In this document: positions 47,670 to 56,497 of the stretch, piece after piece
Numbering within the stretch: the stretch's first letter is position 1
Layout: each line of letters begins with the position of its first letter
Assembly (NCBI GenBank): GCA_026414305.1
Contig: JAOAJH010000002.1
Coordinates: 39,998 to 103,997, forward strand
Direction of reading: 5' to 3'
Length of the DNA stretch: 64,000 nucleotides
DNA from: Candidatus Aenigmatarchaeota archaeon
GTDB lineage: Archaea; Aenigmatarchaeota; Aenigmatarchaeia; CG10238-14
The notes under the pieces: generated by a model
Database searches by the model: none
Told to the model about the DNA's origin: nothing
What the model saw: the letters and a program-made list of their open reading frames with translations, nothing else
Made by a program: the position numbers and the translations under genes

Positions 47670-48267
47670 TCATTTTATCTTCAACAATTTTTTTCAATTT
47701 TTCGTTTATTTTAGAGTAGCCTAATGCGTAATATTCCATTAATGATGCTAAAGTGTCCAAATGATGAAAGATAACAGCTTCAAATGATCTTGGCGGTGTT
47801 GTTCCAGACTCGCCTGCATGTGAAGCAACTATATGTATGACTTCTTCTGGGAAATCTCTTGCATACAATTCTGCAGTGCCGAGCATTGTATGATCAAGGC
47901 TTATACCTGTTGGTTCTAATTCTCCAGATTTATCTCTATTATATTCTGTTGATTTCATAATATCATGGCATATTGAAGCGGCAACCAAAGCATCCATGTC
48001 AATTTTTATACCGTAACCAGCCTCTATAACCTTTGCAGCTTGTATAACCAGATGCGTCAGAACAGTTGTATGATGAACAACATCCCTCTCTATTGGACCT
48101 AAACTAGAATTGCCTACAGTAAAGTAAGAACCAGCTTTATCTAAATCTTCCCTTTTATATTTTTCAAAATGTTTGTTTTTGAGTTTCTTATCTTTAATAT
48201 AATCTATAACCTTTTTTCTAAGGTCTTTGTCTTGTATTTTTTCAGCCAACTTTAGCAGAGATTCCAT
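47644..48267 (-). CDS. HD-domain phosphohydrolase
   Basis: H...HD signature (ICHDIMK) and additional His. Its stop overlaps the DHH gene start by 26 nt. Confidence 0.7.
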   Translation of the reverse strand: MESLLKLAEKIQDKDLRKKVIDYIKDKKLKNKHFEKYKREDLDKAGSYFTVGNSSLGPIERDVVHHTTVLTHLVIQAAKVIEAGYGIKIDMDALVAASICHDIMKSTEYNRDKSGELEPTGISLDHTMLGTAELYARDFPEEVIHIVASHAGESGTTPPRSFEAVIFHHLDTLASLMEYYALGYSKINEKLKKIVEDKMNEMGEKSE

Positions 48268-48337
48268 AATAATCTTTAGAGATTAGAAATTTTAATATTT
48301 TTAAATGCATTAGGTTAAAAAAATAAAAAAATACAAA

Positions 48338-48607
48338 CTACTTTTCTGGTTTTTCAGGCATCAATCTAGACCTGTATAATTCTTCTAATCTATCAAAACC
48401 AGGAAGTCCCAAATGTCTTCCATACGCAACGATTGCATATATTTCTTCAGGTCTTTTCCCATATCTTTCCATTAAAATCAAAACCCATTCCAATTGTTGA
48501 TATGGGCTAGCGTTGTCAGGCAATTCGTTCAGTTGCCCAAAATATTTCTTATCTGGCATTGGCCCAATATATTTCTTTTCTTCCATCCTATCACCTAAAT
48601 TAATCAT
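48338..48607 (-). CDS. Hypothetical protein (89 aa)
   Basis: ORF only. No recognised motif. Confidence 0.35.
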   Translation of the reverse strand: MINLGDRMEEKKYIGPMPDKKYFGQLNELPDNASPYQQLEWVLILMERYGKRPEEIYAIVAYGRHLGLPGFDRLEELYRSRLMPEKPEK

Positions 48608-48709
48608 TAGAAAAAGACAAATTATATATATTTGTTATAAATTATATAATATTGGTGATTTTATATAAAAAGAAAGGCAATAAAATTTGGCCAGACATTT
48701 GTTGTTTCC

Positions 48710-49630
48710 TTGCCTTTGGCATGGTCTAGAAGATTTGATATAGAAAACAAAAGAGAAGTTGAGATACAAGAAGCAGAAGACGGATCTTTGCTGATAATAC
48801 CAGGAGACATGAAGAAAACAGAAAAAGAGTTTATAATAAATGTTGACAAGACAATGAATGCAGATAAGATATATTATAAAATTCTAAAAGCATACACGCT
48901 AGGTTATTCAAAGATTATAGTCACAGGAGAGTTAACAGACGAGCAGCTAGATTTTCTTGATATGACACACAAAAGGATTGTTGGCTTGGAAGTAGCTGAA
49001 CAAAAACAAAATCAAATAATTTTCACTGATTTATTGAGAATAGAAGATGTTAATATAGACAAAATAATCAATCAAATGTTTTCTTTTATTGGGGTTATGG
49101 GTAAAGATATATTGGAACGGATAAAAAAAGATGAGGAACCGGGGGACAGAATACTTGATAAAAATTCTTTAATCGTGAGAAATCATAATTTAGCCTTTAA
49201 AGCATGTAATTTAGCCTTGAAAGATTCTTTGTATTTAAGCAAGTTGAAAAAAACATCTAATGAAATAATTGTAATTTCAAGAATATTGAGGCATCTAGAT
49301 AACATAGGAATAAATTTGATTGCCTTTAGTTATTTGTTGAATAAACAACAAACACCTGGTATGAAAAAATTCAATTACAAGGTTTATGAAAATAAAAAAA
49401 GAAAACTTATGTATAAAATTTTGAGAGTTTGGTTAAAATTGTTTTATGATACTAAAAAAGCTGTAATTAAAAGAGATAAAGAAAAGATAGCAGACTTGTA
49501 TGTCAGAAGATTTGAAACCAATTATAATAATTTTAAGAAATATGATGAGTTTACAATTGAGTTAAAAAATATATTTGAACAATTGGTTAGAAACACTCAT
49601 TTGATTTTGAGAGATGAAATTATGATTTAA
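48710..49630 (+). CDS. AbrB/SpoVT-like N-terminal domain plus PhoU-like helical domain regulator (archaeal PhoU-type). The start is uncertain (TTG in the track).
   Basis: The N-terminal SRRFDIENKREVEIQEAEDGSLLIIPGD resembles a swapped-hairpin domain. The remainder is a helical repeat. Archaeal AbrB-PhoU architecture. Confidence 0.45.
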   Translation: MPLAWSRRFDIENKREVEIQEAEDGSLLIIPGDMKKTEKEFIINVDKTMNADKIYYKILKAYTLGYSKIIVTGELTDEQLDFLDMTHKRIVGLEVAEQKQNQIIFTDLLRIEDVNIDKIINQMFSFIGVMGKDILERIKKDEEPGDRILDKNSLIVRNHNLAFKACNLALKDSLYLSKLKKTSNEIIVISRILRHLDNIGINLIAFSYLLNKQQTPGMKKFNYKVYENKKRKLMYKILRVWLKLFYDTKKAVIKRDKEKIADLYVRRFETNYNNFKKYDEFTIELKNIFEQLVRNTHLILRDEIMI

Positions 49631-49669
49631 TGATTTAATTTATAATTTATAATAAAAAAAAGAAAAAAA

Positions 49670-49966
49670 TTAGGCTTTCTTGTTAAGCTCTGATTGTACG
49701 ATTGCAGGCATTACTATACCTACAAGTACAAAAACAACAAACCACAATGCTGGATTGTTGTCTTTTTTGACATATTTGGAAAATCCTTCGCAGTATTTGT
49801 ATATCCAGTATAAATTTGCTATTGGCACTATAATTAGCCATGCTGTTGGTATTTTAGCACCTAGGCTGTTTATTTCATTTTTTGTTGCAACTATCCAATA
49901 TATGAAGTATATTCCAAACGTCAAAATGCCAAACAAATACAACAAAAAAATGTTTCTTTTCTTCAT
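49670..49966 (-). CDS. Small membrane protein (DUF4234-like)
   Basis: Three TM helices. [12 protein letters not shown] motif. Confidence 0.5.
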   Translation of the reverse strand: MKKRNIFLLYLFGILTFGIYFIYWIVATKNEINSLGAKIPTAWLIIVPIANLYWIYKYCEGFSKYVKKDNNPALWFVVFVLVGIVMPAIVQSELNKKA

Positions 49967-50007
49967 ATTTTCACATTATAAATTTAGAATTTGTCTATTT
50001 AAAATAT

Positions 50008-50790
50008 TCATAATTCTTGATTAAAATAAGATCCCTGACAATCTTCAGCAACACTCCAATCACCGCTGCTTTCACACTGAGTGCCTTCTGGTGTAAGTTT
50101 GCAAGAAGCACCAAGGCTATATTTTCCATCTTTCCATCTATTTAACATTTCAGCAAGATCATTTACATTAAATTTGCAAGTTCCATCTCTACCTTCAAGA
50201 GCATCATACTGGCTGTTATAGTTTTCAAGTTCTTGATCAATTTTTTCTTGAGTTTCACCAGCATCTAGTATTTGTTGAATCAACTCATCTGAGAAATTTA
50301 CATTGATTTTTTCGTTTCTTATGTAGAAAACACACTTGTTATTCTCAAGACCTTTTATTTCATAGTATGACTTGGTTGTAATTAGAATACCAAAAAGCCC
50401 AATAGTTGAATCATGTGTTACATTTGATGGCTTGCATTTTTTTGAAGCTTGAATAAAACATTGCATATCACTTTGACAATCTATTATTTTATTTGGTTTT
50501 ATAAATGGAATGCTGTCAGAAAACAAAACAAATCCAAACACCCCACCAGCAATTAAAACACCAACAACAAGAATAATAATTATCATATTGCTTTTTTCTT
50601 TAACTTGTTCTGTTTTTAACGAATTGCTTGTAGTTTTTTCTTCAGGTTTAGGATTATTAATTAAATTAAAAGCTTCATTTATTTCATAAACCGGCCAACC
50701 ATTCTCTACAAGAGTTTGTTTAATCTGTTCTGGAGTTAGGCCTCTGTATAACTCAGTTTTTATATACTCCACAAGTCTTTGATCAACCAT
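50008..50790 (-). CDS. Single-pass membrane protein with a Cys-rich extracellular domain
   Basis: Cytoplasmic N-terminal helix-rich region, one TM helix, and an ectodomain with more than 10 Cys. Confidence 0.5.
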   Translation of the reverse strand: MVDQRLVEYIKTELYRGLTPEQIKQTLVENGWPVYEINEAFNLINNPKPEEKTTSNSLKTEQVKEKSNMIIIILVVGVLIAGGVFGFVLFSDSIPFIKPNKIIDCQSDMQCFIQASKKCKPSNVTHDSTIGLFGILITTKSYYEIKGLENNKCVFYIRNEKINVNFSDELIQQILDAGETQEKIDQELENYNSQYDALEGRDGTCKFNVNDLAEMLNRWKDGKYSLGASCKLTPEGTQCESSGDWSVAEDCQGSYFNQEL

Positions 50791-50929
50791 TATACCTTTT
50801 TATAAATAGGTTTTGTTTTTAAAATTATTTTCATTATACATTGATTATTTTCAACCGCTTTAGTAAAATTGTCTTATCTTTAAGCAAAACATAAAATTTA
50901 AATACTTTCTATAGAAAATAGAGTTAGTA

Positions 50930-51352
50930 ATGTTCATTACTCACGATCACGAAAAAATGATATCTTTGCTTCAAGAATTTTCAATAATTGTTGAAGGCAA
51001 AAATGACAAAAGTGCTTTAGAAAAACTAGGTATACAAAAGATATATACAATTTCAGGTAAAACAATAGAAAAGTTCACATCTGAATTGCCAAAAGATGAA
51101 TATGTAATCTTAACTGATTTTGATCGTGAGGGTGAACTAAAGAAGCAAAGAATCTATAGATTAGTTGAAAATAACAAGATAAAATACAACCCAGAGCTTA
51201 GATTGAAATTTAAAGAGCTCTTCAAGGTGGTGAAAATAGAAGAATTGAATAAAATATCAAAAATAATGGAGGATGTTCAAAATGGGAAAAATAGCTCAAT
51301 CTACAATAAAATACTTAATAGAAGCAGATTTTACCGCAGAAGGTTTAGTTGA
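50930..51352 (+). CDS. Small stand-alone Toprim-domain protein (COG1658-like)
   Basis: IIVEGKNDKSALEKLG...VILTDFDREGE Toprim E and DxD motifs. 140 aa. Confidence 0.7.
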   Translation: MFITHDHEKMISLLQEFSIIVEGKNDKSALEKLGIQKIYTISGKTIEKFTSELPKDEYVILTDFDREGELKKQRIYRLVENNKIKYNPELRLKFKELFKVVKIEELNKISKIMEDVQNGKNSSIYNKILNRSRFYRRRFS

Positions 51353-52457
51353 AAAGCCAGATATAATAGGCGCCGTTTTTGGGCAAACAGAAGGTTTGTT
51401 GGGCCAAGATTTGGATTTAAGAGAATTGCAAAAATCAGGAAGAATAGGAAGAATAGATGTTGATTTAAGGGAAAAAGATGGAAAGACAGAAGGCACAATA
51501 TACATACCTTCTAGTTTGGATAGCTCAGAAACAGCTTTAATAGCTGCTGCAGTCGAAACAATAGAAAGAATAGGCCCATGCGAAGCCAAAATCAAACTAC
51601 GAGATGTAAAGGATATAAGAGAAGTTAAAAGGGAATATGTTGTTGACAGGGCAAAAGAGATATTACAAAAACTGATGAAAGAGCAACCTGATGCTGACGC
51701 ACTTGCCGAATCTATAAAAGGATCTGTGAGAACGTCAGAAATAATTGAATATCATGGAATAGAATGCGGGCCAGATGCCATCGAAGCAGAAGAAGTTATA
51801 CTTGTTGAAGGAAGGGCAGATGTGGCAAACCTTTTGAAAAATGGAATAAGAAATGTTGCAGCAGTTGGTGGCACTTCAGCTGGCAGATCAATATTAGAGA
51901 TAACAAAAGGCAAAAAAGTTACAGTTTTTCTTGATGGTGACAGAGGCGGTGATTTGATACTCAAGAAGTTGTCTAGAATTGTGAGGATAGATAGCGTGGT
52001 TCGCGCACCTGACGGAAAGGAAGTAGAAGAGTTGACAGACAAAGAAATTTTCAAGGCGCTTAGACAAAAGGTGCCATTTTCAGAGGCAATAAGAAAAAGA
52101 GGAAGGTCAGCAAGAGCTGAGCAAATAGAAGCAGAGCCAGAAAAAGAGTTGAGTTATGCAGTTAAATCAAAAATAAAGGACATACTCGATAAAATGGTTG
52201 GCACAAGGGCAGCATATGTTTTTAATAAACGCATGAAAATGATTGAAAAATTACCTTTGACGCAATTTACAGAAGAAAATCAAGCAATACGAAATGCAGA
52301 GATAGTTTTAATAGACGGTTCCATAACAAAAGAGATTATTGATGTTGCAGACAGAGCTGGGATAGAATATCTAGTTGCATCGAGTGCCGATAAAAAATTT
52401 GAAACGACAAAAACAAAGATATTGACATTAGACGATTTGAACAACACTCAAGTCTAA
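51273..52457 (+). CDS. dnaG: Archaeal DnaG-like primase (Toprim; exosome-associated type)
   Basis: N-terminal hallmark KYLIEADFTAEGLVEKPDIIGAVFGQTEGLLG. Toprim motifs VILVEGRADV and LDGDRGGD. Confidence 0.8.
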   Translation: MFKMGKIAQSTIKYLIEADFTAEGLVEKPDIIGAVFGQTEGLLGQDLDLRELQKSGRIGRIDVDLREKDGKTEGTIYIPSSLDSSETALIAAAVETIERIGPCEAKIKLRDVKDIREVKREYVVDRAKEILQKLMKEQPDADALAESIKGSVRTSEIIEYHGIECGPDAIEAEEVILVEGRADVANLLKNGIRNVAAVGGTSAGRSILEITKGKKVTVFLDGDRGGDLILKKLSRIVRIDSVVRAPDGKEVEELTDKEIFKALRQKVPFSEAIRKRGRSARAEQIEAEPEKELSYAVKSKIKDILDKMVGTRAAYVFNKRMKMIEKLPLTQFTEENQAIRNAEIVLIDGSITKEIIDVADRAGIEYLVASSADKKFETTKTKILTLDDLNNTQV

Positions 52458-52775
52458 AACTTTTATTTGAATTTTTTCTTTGTATTTTTGAGGCTTTCCT
52501 AACAATTCGATTCTATCACCAGGTTTAAGACTTGTTTGATTTTCGTATATTACAGCCTGTATTGTTCCTGTATCGTCTTTAATTGTTAAAATCACAATGT
52601 TGGATTTTGTTTGAACGCTTGTTATTGTGGCATTTAATAAAACATAATTTTGGTCAAGGGTTATTTGACTTATTCTAACCTTTTCTGGTTCCATCAATTT
52701 GTTGGTAAAAAACATTATTACAATTCCCAAAAAAGACGTGAATATACAAACTATTGTAAATGATTTTTTATTCAT
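52428..52775 (-). CDS. Membrane-anchored OB-fold-like protein (hypothetical)
   Basis: N-terminal TM helix plus a beta-rich domain. Its start overlaps the LigT stop by 4 nt. Confidence 0.45.
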   Translation of the reverse strand: MNKKSFTIVCIFTSFLGIVIMFFTNKLMEPEKVRISQITLDQNYVLLNATITSVQTKSNIVILTIKDDTGTIQAVIYENQTSLKPGDRIELLGKPQKYKEKIQIKVLDLSVVQIV

Positions 52776-53308
52776 TCAAGATCAATTTCATATATTGTCT
52801 TGTAATGTGGCCCACTTTCAGTTAAAATACTTTCAACAAGACTTATTTTTTTAACTTGAAAGCTTCCTATAGAAATGTTTTTGTTTTTTTCAATAAAATC
52901 TTTGACCTTTTTTTTATCTATTACATCTTTGACCCTGCACAAAGTCATTTTTGTTTGGTTGTGATATTCGCCGCCTATCGAACTTCCTACTGTTTTTATT
53001 AAATTTTCTAAATTCCCGCCGCTTTCAGTACTTATACCGATAACTCTTATGTAATTGTCTGAAGGTATTGTTTTAAGACCTTTTAAATAAACTTGAAAGC
53101 TTTTCCAACCACTCAGGTTATACATAACTGTTTTTATTTTTTCTATGTTGTTTTCATCTAAATTACCCAGGAATGTTAATGTAAGATGAAGATTTTCAGT
53201 CTCAACCATTTTGCATTTTATTGGGAGCTTTCTAATCTCCTCCTGGAGCTTTCTAATTCCCCCCTTTAGCATTTCAGGTACCCATATACATACGAACATT
53301 CTTTTCAT
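52772..53308 (-). CDS. ligT: 2'-5' RNA ligase LigT / 2H phosphoesterase
   Basis: VETENLHLTLTFLG (HxTx motif 1), YIRVIGISTE, and ...TKMTLCRVK (motif 2 region). Aligns along its whole length with archaeal LigT. Confidence 0.8.
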   Translation of the reverse strand: MKRMFVCIWVPEMLKGGIRKLQEEIRKLPIKCKMVETENLHLTLTFLGNLDENNIEKIKTVMYNLSGWKSFQVYLKGLKTIPSDNYIRVIGISTESGGNLENLIKTVGSSIGGEYHNQTKMTLCRVKDVIDKKKVKDFIEKNKNISIGSFQVKKISLVESILTESGPHYKTIYEIDLE

Positions 53309-53428
53309 GTGAAATAATAAGAATTTTTAGTTAAAATAACTTCACGTCAATTTCACAAAAACTTCACGTAAGTTTTAAATTAATAAATAACCTTAAATTA
53401 ACTGTTTGTGAAGCTGGCGTGAATTATT

Positions 53429-54493
53429 ATGGAGAATAAATACGAATATTTTCATAGGTTTGGTTGGTCAAAAAACCCGTTTAATCTTACCATATCCCCA
53501 GACCTTATGGTGGGATATTCAAAGCAAACAGAATCTCTCCTTACTCATGTTTTCAATCAGCATAAAGCGGCAATGGTAATAGGGCCTACAGGTGCTGGGA
53601 AAACAACAATTCTTACATGGTTGAATGCCCAAATAAAGGCATATAATGGGTTTAAAACATATTATGTGCCCAAACCACCTGTAAGTAAAGATGAGTTAAT
53701 TCAGCTGTTTAAACATAATCTTGGTTTTGGGTTTATAGATAAAATAATCTATAAAAATGTAGACATAAACAATCTTACAAGCTATATAACAAAAAAGACA
53801 AAGGTAAGAACAATATTTTTGGTTGATGAAGCACATGAATGCTCTATTGAAGTCTTGGAGTGGCTGAGAACAATAAATGATATGGTACCCAACCTTGTAA
53901 TAGTTTTTGCCGGGTTGCCTACATTTGAAAAGAAACTTGAAACAGAACTACCAACACTTTTAATGCGTGTGAATACACGTGTATTGTTAGAGTCTCTATC
54001 TGAGATGGAAACAGAATCACTTATACAGAAGAGGATTGATTTTGCAGGAGGTGAAGGCATAAAACCCTTCACTAATGATGCTATAAAGAAAATTCATGAA
54101 ATAACAGGAGGCTTCCCAAGAGAGATAATAAAAGTTTGTGACCAGCTTGTTAAAGAGGCCAGCCTGAGGAACCTTAGTTCAATAAACGCTCATTTGGTTG
54201 AACAGATTTTCAGTGAAAAAATAGTTTCACATGCAGATCAAGTGAAGTTCACGTTAACACCAAAACAAAAAGAAATACTTGAAATGTTGAACAAAAACCC
54301 AGATCTTTCACCATCAGAGATAGTGGAAAGAATAAATGTAAAGGAATACAAGACAAAAGACCATGCAATAAGGTCTGTTAATAACATACTCAAAAGGTTG
54401 ATGGATGAAGATTTGATAAAAAGGGCAAAAGTGGCAAACAAATTTGTATATTCTCTTTCAGGGAAAGCAAAAACCATCCTTGCAGAAGCGTGA
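53429..54493 (+). CDS. ExeA-type AAA+ ATPase (AAA_22/COG3267-like) with a C-terminal winged-helix domain
   Basis: The N-terminal FHRFGWSKNPFNLTISPD is an ExeA-like FGL..PF motif. Walker A GPTGAGKTT, Walker B FLVDEAHE. C-terminal wHTH PSEIVERINVKEY...ILKRLMDEDLI. Confidence 0.7.
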   Translation: MENKYEYFHRFGWSKNPFNLTISPDLMVGYSKQTESLLTHVFNQHKAAMVIGPTGAGKTTILTWLNAQIKAYNGFKTYYVPKPPVSKDELIQLFKHNLGFGFIDKIIYKNVDINNLTSYITKKTKVRTIFLVDEAHECSIEVLEWLRTINDMVPNLVIVFAGLPTFEKKLETELPTLLMRVNTRVLLESLSEMETESLIQKRIDFAGGEGIKPFTNDAIKKIHEITGGFPREIIKVCDQLVKEASLRNLSSINAHLVEQIFSEKIVSHADQVKFTLTPKQKEILEMLNKNPDLSPSEIVERINVKEYKTKDHAIRSVNNILKRLMDEDLIKRAKVANKFVYSLSGKAKTILAEA

Positions 54494-54556
54494 TATATTT
54501 AAACATATAGTAAAGAATATATTGTTATTAAGTAAATAGATAAAAAGGTGAAATAA

Positions 54557-54820
54557 TTGGTTGATACTAGAGTAAAAGCAAAAAGCGTTATAGGCAAAAC
54601 GATAATTAGTGAAGAAACAGGCAGAAGATTTGGGGTTGTTAGTAACGTTGATTTTGTAACAGAGAGCGGTGAATTGCTAAACATAGTGGTTGCAGGTGCT
54701 ACAAAAGCTTTGAAAGATTTAAACTTAAAAGAGGATGACAAAGGGAGAATGTTAATACCGTTCAGCGCAGTAAAGTCAATAGGAGACTTTGTTGTTGTCA
54801 GTGAAAACGAGCTGCTTTAG
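54557..54820 (+). CDS. PRC-barrel domain protein (TTG start)
   Basis: VIGKTIISEETGRRFGVVSNVDFVTESGELLNIVV. PRC-barrel pattern, 87 aa. Confidence 0.65.
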   Translation: MVDTRVKAKSVIGKTIISEETGRRFGVVSNVDFVTESGELLNIVVAGATKALKDLNLKEDDKGRMLIPFSAVKSIGDFVVVSENELL

Positions 54821-54821
54821 A

Positions 54822-55478
54822 CTATTTTTTACCCCACAATATCTTTTTGCCATATTTTATTCTGTATACTAGGCCTTTTTTCTCCATTTCTATTAATATT
54901 TGGTTTGCTCTGCTTCTTGATATCCCTACAAGCTCCCCTATTTCTTCGCTCCCGAGTTTTGATCCGTTTAATTGCTTTAAAATTTCCCTTTCCCTTAGAC
55001 CAGACTCAAGATTTTCTGCTGATTTTTCAATTTTTTTCAAAATTTTCAACTGTTGATTACTGTTGATTGTTGTTGACAACTGTTGATTACTGTTGATTGT
55101 TGTTGACAACTGTTGATTGTTGATGACTGATCTCATATGGTCTATACTTTTTCTTATTTCTTCTAATTCTTTAAAGAAATCTTCATTGGAATTTACTTCT
55201 TCTTCAAACCTTTTTTCAGTTAACACTTTATCTTGGACCCTCATATCGAATTTTATATCTAATCCAGTTATTTTCTCTTTTATCAGAGCTATGTCATTTG
55301 CCATCTGCTCAATCTGTCCTATTCTTCTAGCGTATTGTAAGTCCCTTCTGTTATATACATCAACTGTTGACAACTGTTGATTACTGTTGATTGTTGTTGA
55401 CAACTGTTGATTGTTGTTGACAACTGTTGATGATCTTTTAATACCAAGAATATTTTTCATAAAATCTTTGAAACTCAT
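54822..55478 (-). CDS. wHTH transcription-regulator-like protein with N-terminal and central tandem NQQLSTTINS decapeptide repeats and a coiled-coil
   Basis: C-terminal GSEEIGELVGISRSRANQILIEMEKKGLVYR wHTH. There are 2 N-terminal and about 3 central copies of INSNQQLST, encoded by perfect 30-bp DNA repeats. Confidence 0.65.
   Translation of the reverse strand: MSFKDFMKNILGIKRSSTVVNNNQQLSTTINSNQQLSTVDVYNRRDLQYARRIGQIEQMANDIALIKEKITGLDIKFDMRVQDKVLTEKRFEEEVNSNEDFFKELEEIRKSIDHMRSVINNQQLSTTINSNQQLSTTINSNQQLKILKKIEKSAENLESGLREREILKQLNGSKLGSEEIGELVGISRSRANQILIEMEKKGLVYRIKYGKKILWGKK
55047..55128. repeat. Perfect 30-bp tandem repeat (about 2.7 copies), caactgttgattactgttgattgttgttga, in-frame inside CDS 54822-55478
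   Basis: Direct reading of the sequence. A second block lies at 55361-55435. Confidence 0.9.
55361..55435. repeat. Second block of the same 30-bp / 20-bp tandem repeat units
   Basis: caactgttgattactgttgattgttgttga followed by truncated copies. In-frame in the same CDS. Confidence 0.9.
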
Positions 55479-55513
55479 AAATAATTATTAAATTCTATTA
55501 TATTTATTTTTCT

Positions 55514-56497
55514 TCACATCCACTTCACATCCACTTCATCTATTCTCCAATCTTTCTTTATGAAAGAATCTTCTATTCTTGTGAAGCATTTAGCGTTTGA
55601 CATAAGAAGGCCAGTGTACGCAATCATAACCCCATTGTCTCCAGAATATTTTAAAGGAACAGAAAATAACTTTGCATCTCTTTCTTTGCACATTATTTCT
55701 AACATTTCATTTAATCTTTGATTTGCTGCAACCCCACCAGTAACTAGAATTTCCTTCTTTTCTGTGTGGGCCAGCGCCCTTTCTGCCGCTTCTATTAGCA
55801 TTGAAAAGCAACTTTCCTGAAAAGAATAGGCAATGTCCTCAATTTTAACACCTCTTTTGGCAAGCCTTTGACATTCTGTGACTATCCCAGAAAAAGAAAA
55901 ATCCATACCCTTTACTATATAAGGAAGATCAACCCATTTACCTTTTTTAGCGATTTTTTCAATTACAGGACCTCCAGGCATTTCAAGACCCAATGATCTA
56001 GCAAGAACATCAAATGCATTTCCTATAGGTATATCGAGTGTTTCCCCAAATACTCTATATCTGCCTGACTCGTATGCTATGATTTGAGTGTTTCCACCTG
56101 AACAGTAAACAGTTACAGGATCCTTGCAATCTGTAAGCAATTTTCCTATTTCAAGATGGGCAACTGGGTGATTTACACCAACAAGAGGTTTTTTGTATTT
56201 AATCGAGATATATCTAGCAATAAATGCACCTAAAGTTAAACAATTTGGCAAACCAGGGCCTTGAGAAAAAGACACGACATCTATATCTTTCAATGAAATA
56301 TTTGCTTTGATTAAAGCATTTTTTAGAATATTTGCAGCATTTTCTGAATGAAACTCGAAAACTTTTCTTGGAAGCATACCTTGACCCAACGGTGGCTTGT
56401 AAAAAGACTTTTCATCTGCTAGTATTTTTTTATCTTCAACAACACCTATGCCAAAAGTATGCGCAGTTGATTCTATACCAAGGGATATTTTACTCAA
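55514..56497 (-). CDS. kae1: Kae1/TsaD tRNA N6-threonylcarbamoyladenosine synthase (KEOPS catalytic subunit)
   Basis: ASKHD/HSP70-type fold. The N-terminus ISLGIESTAHTFGIGVV is present, and GVNHPVAHLE carries the metal-binding His pair. Confidence 0.9.
   Translation of the reverse strand: MSKISLGIESTAHTFGIGVVEDKKILADEKSFYKPPLGQGMLPRKVFEFHSENAANILKNALIKANISLKDIDVVSFSQGPGLPNCLTLGAFIARYISIKYKKPLVGVNHPVAHLEIGKLLTDCKDPVTVYCSGGNTQIIAYESGRYRVFGETLDIPIGNAFDVLARSLGLEMPGGPVIEKIAKKGKWVDLPYIVKGMDFSFSGIVTECQRLAKRGVKIEDIAYSFQESCFSMLIEAAERALAHTEKKEILVTGGVAANQRLNEMLEIMCKERDAKLFSVPLKYSGDNGVMIAYTGLLMSNAKCFTRIEDSFIKKDWRIDEVDVKWM

Noticed and set aside
48661-48849. A 62-aa minus-strand ORF overlapping the start of the AbrB/PhoU-like gene
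   Set aside because: It has no motif, overlaps a better-supported gene, and is likely spurious.
55047-55435. Repeated 30-bp units that at first glance could suggest a CRISPR array
   Set aside because: The units are directly tandem with no spacers. They are all in-frame within one protein-coding gene, encoding NQQLSTTINS, and the two blocks are separated by unique coding sequence. This is not a repeat-spacer architecture.
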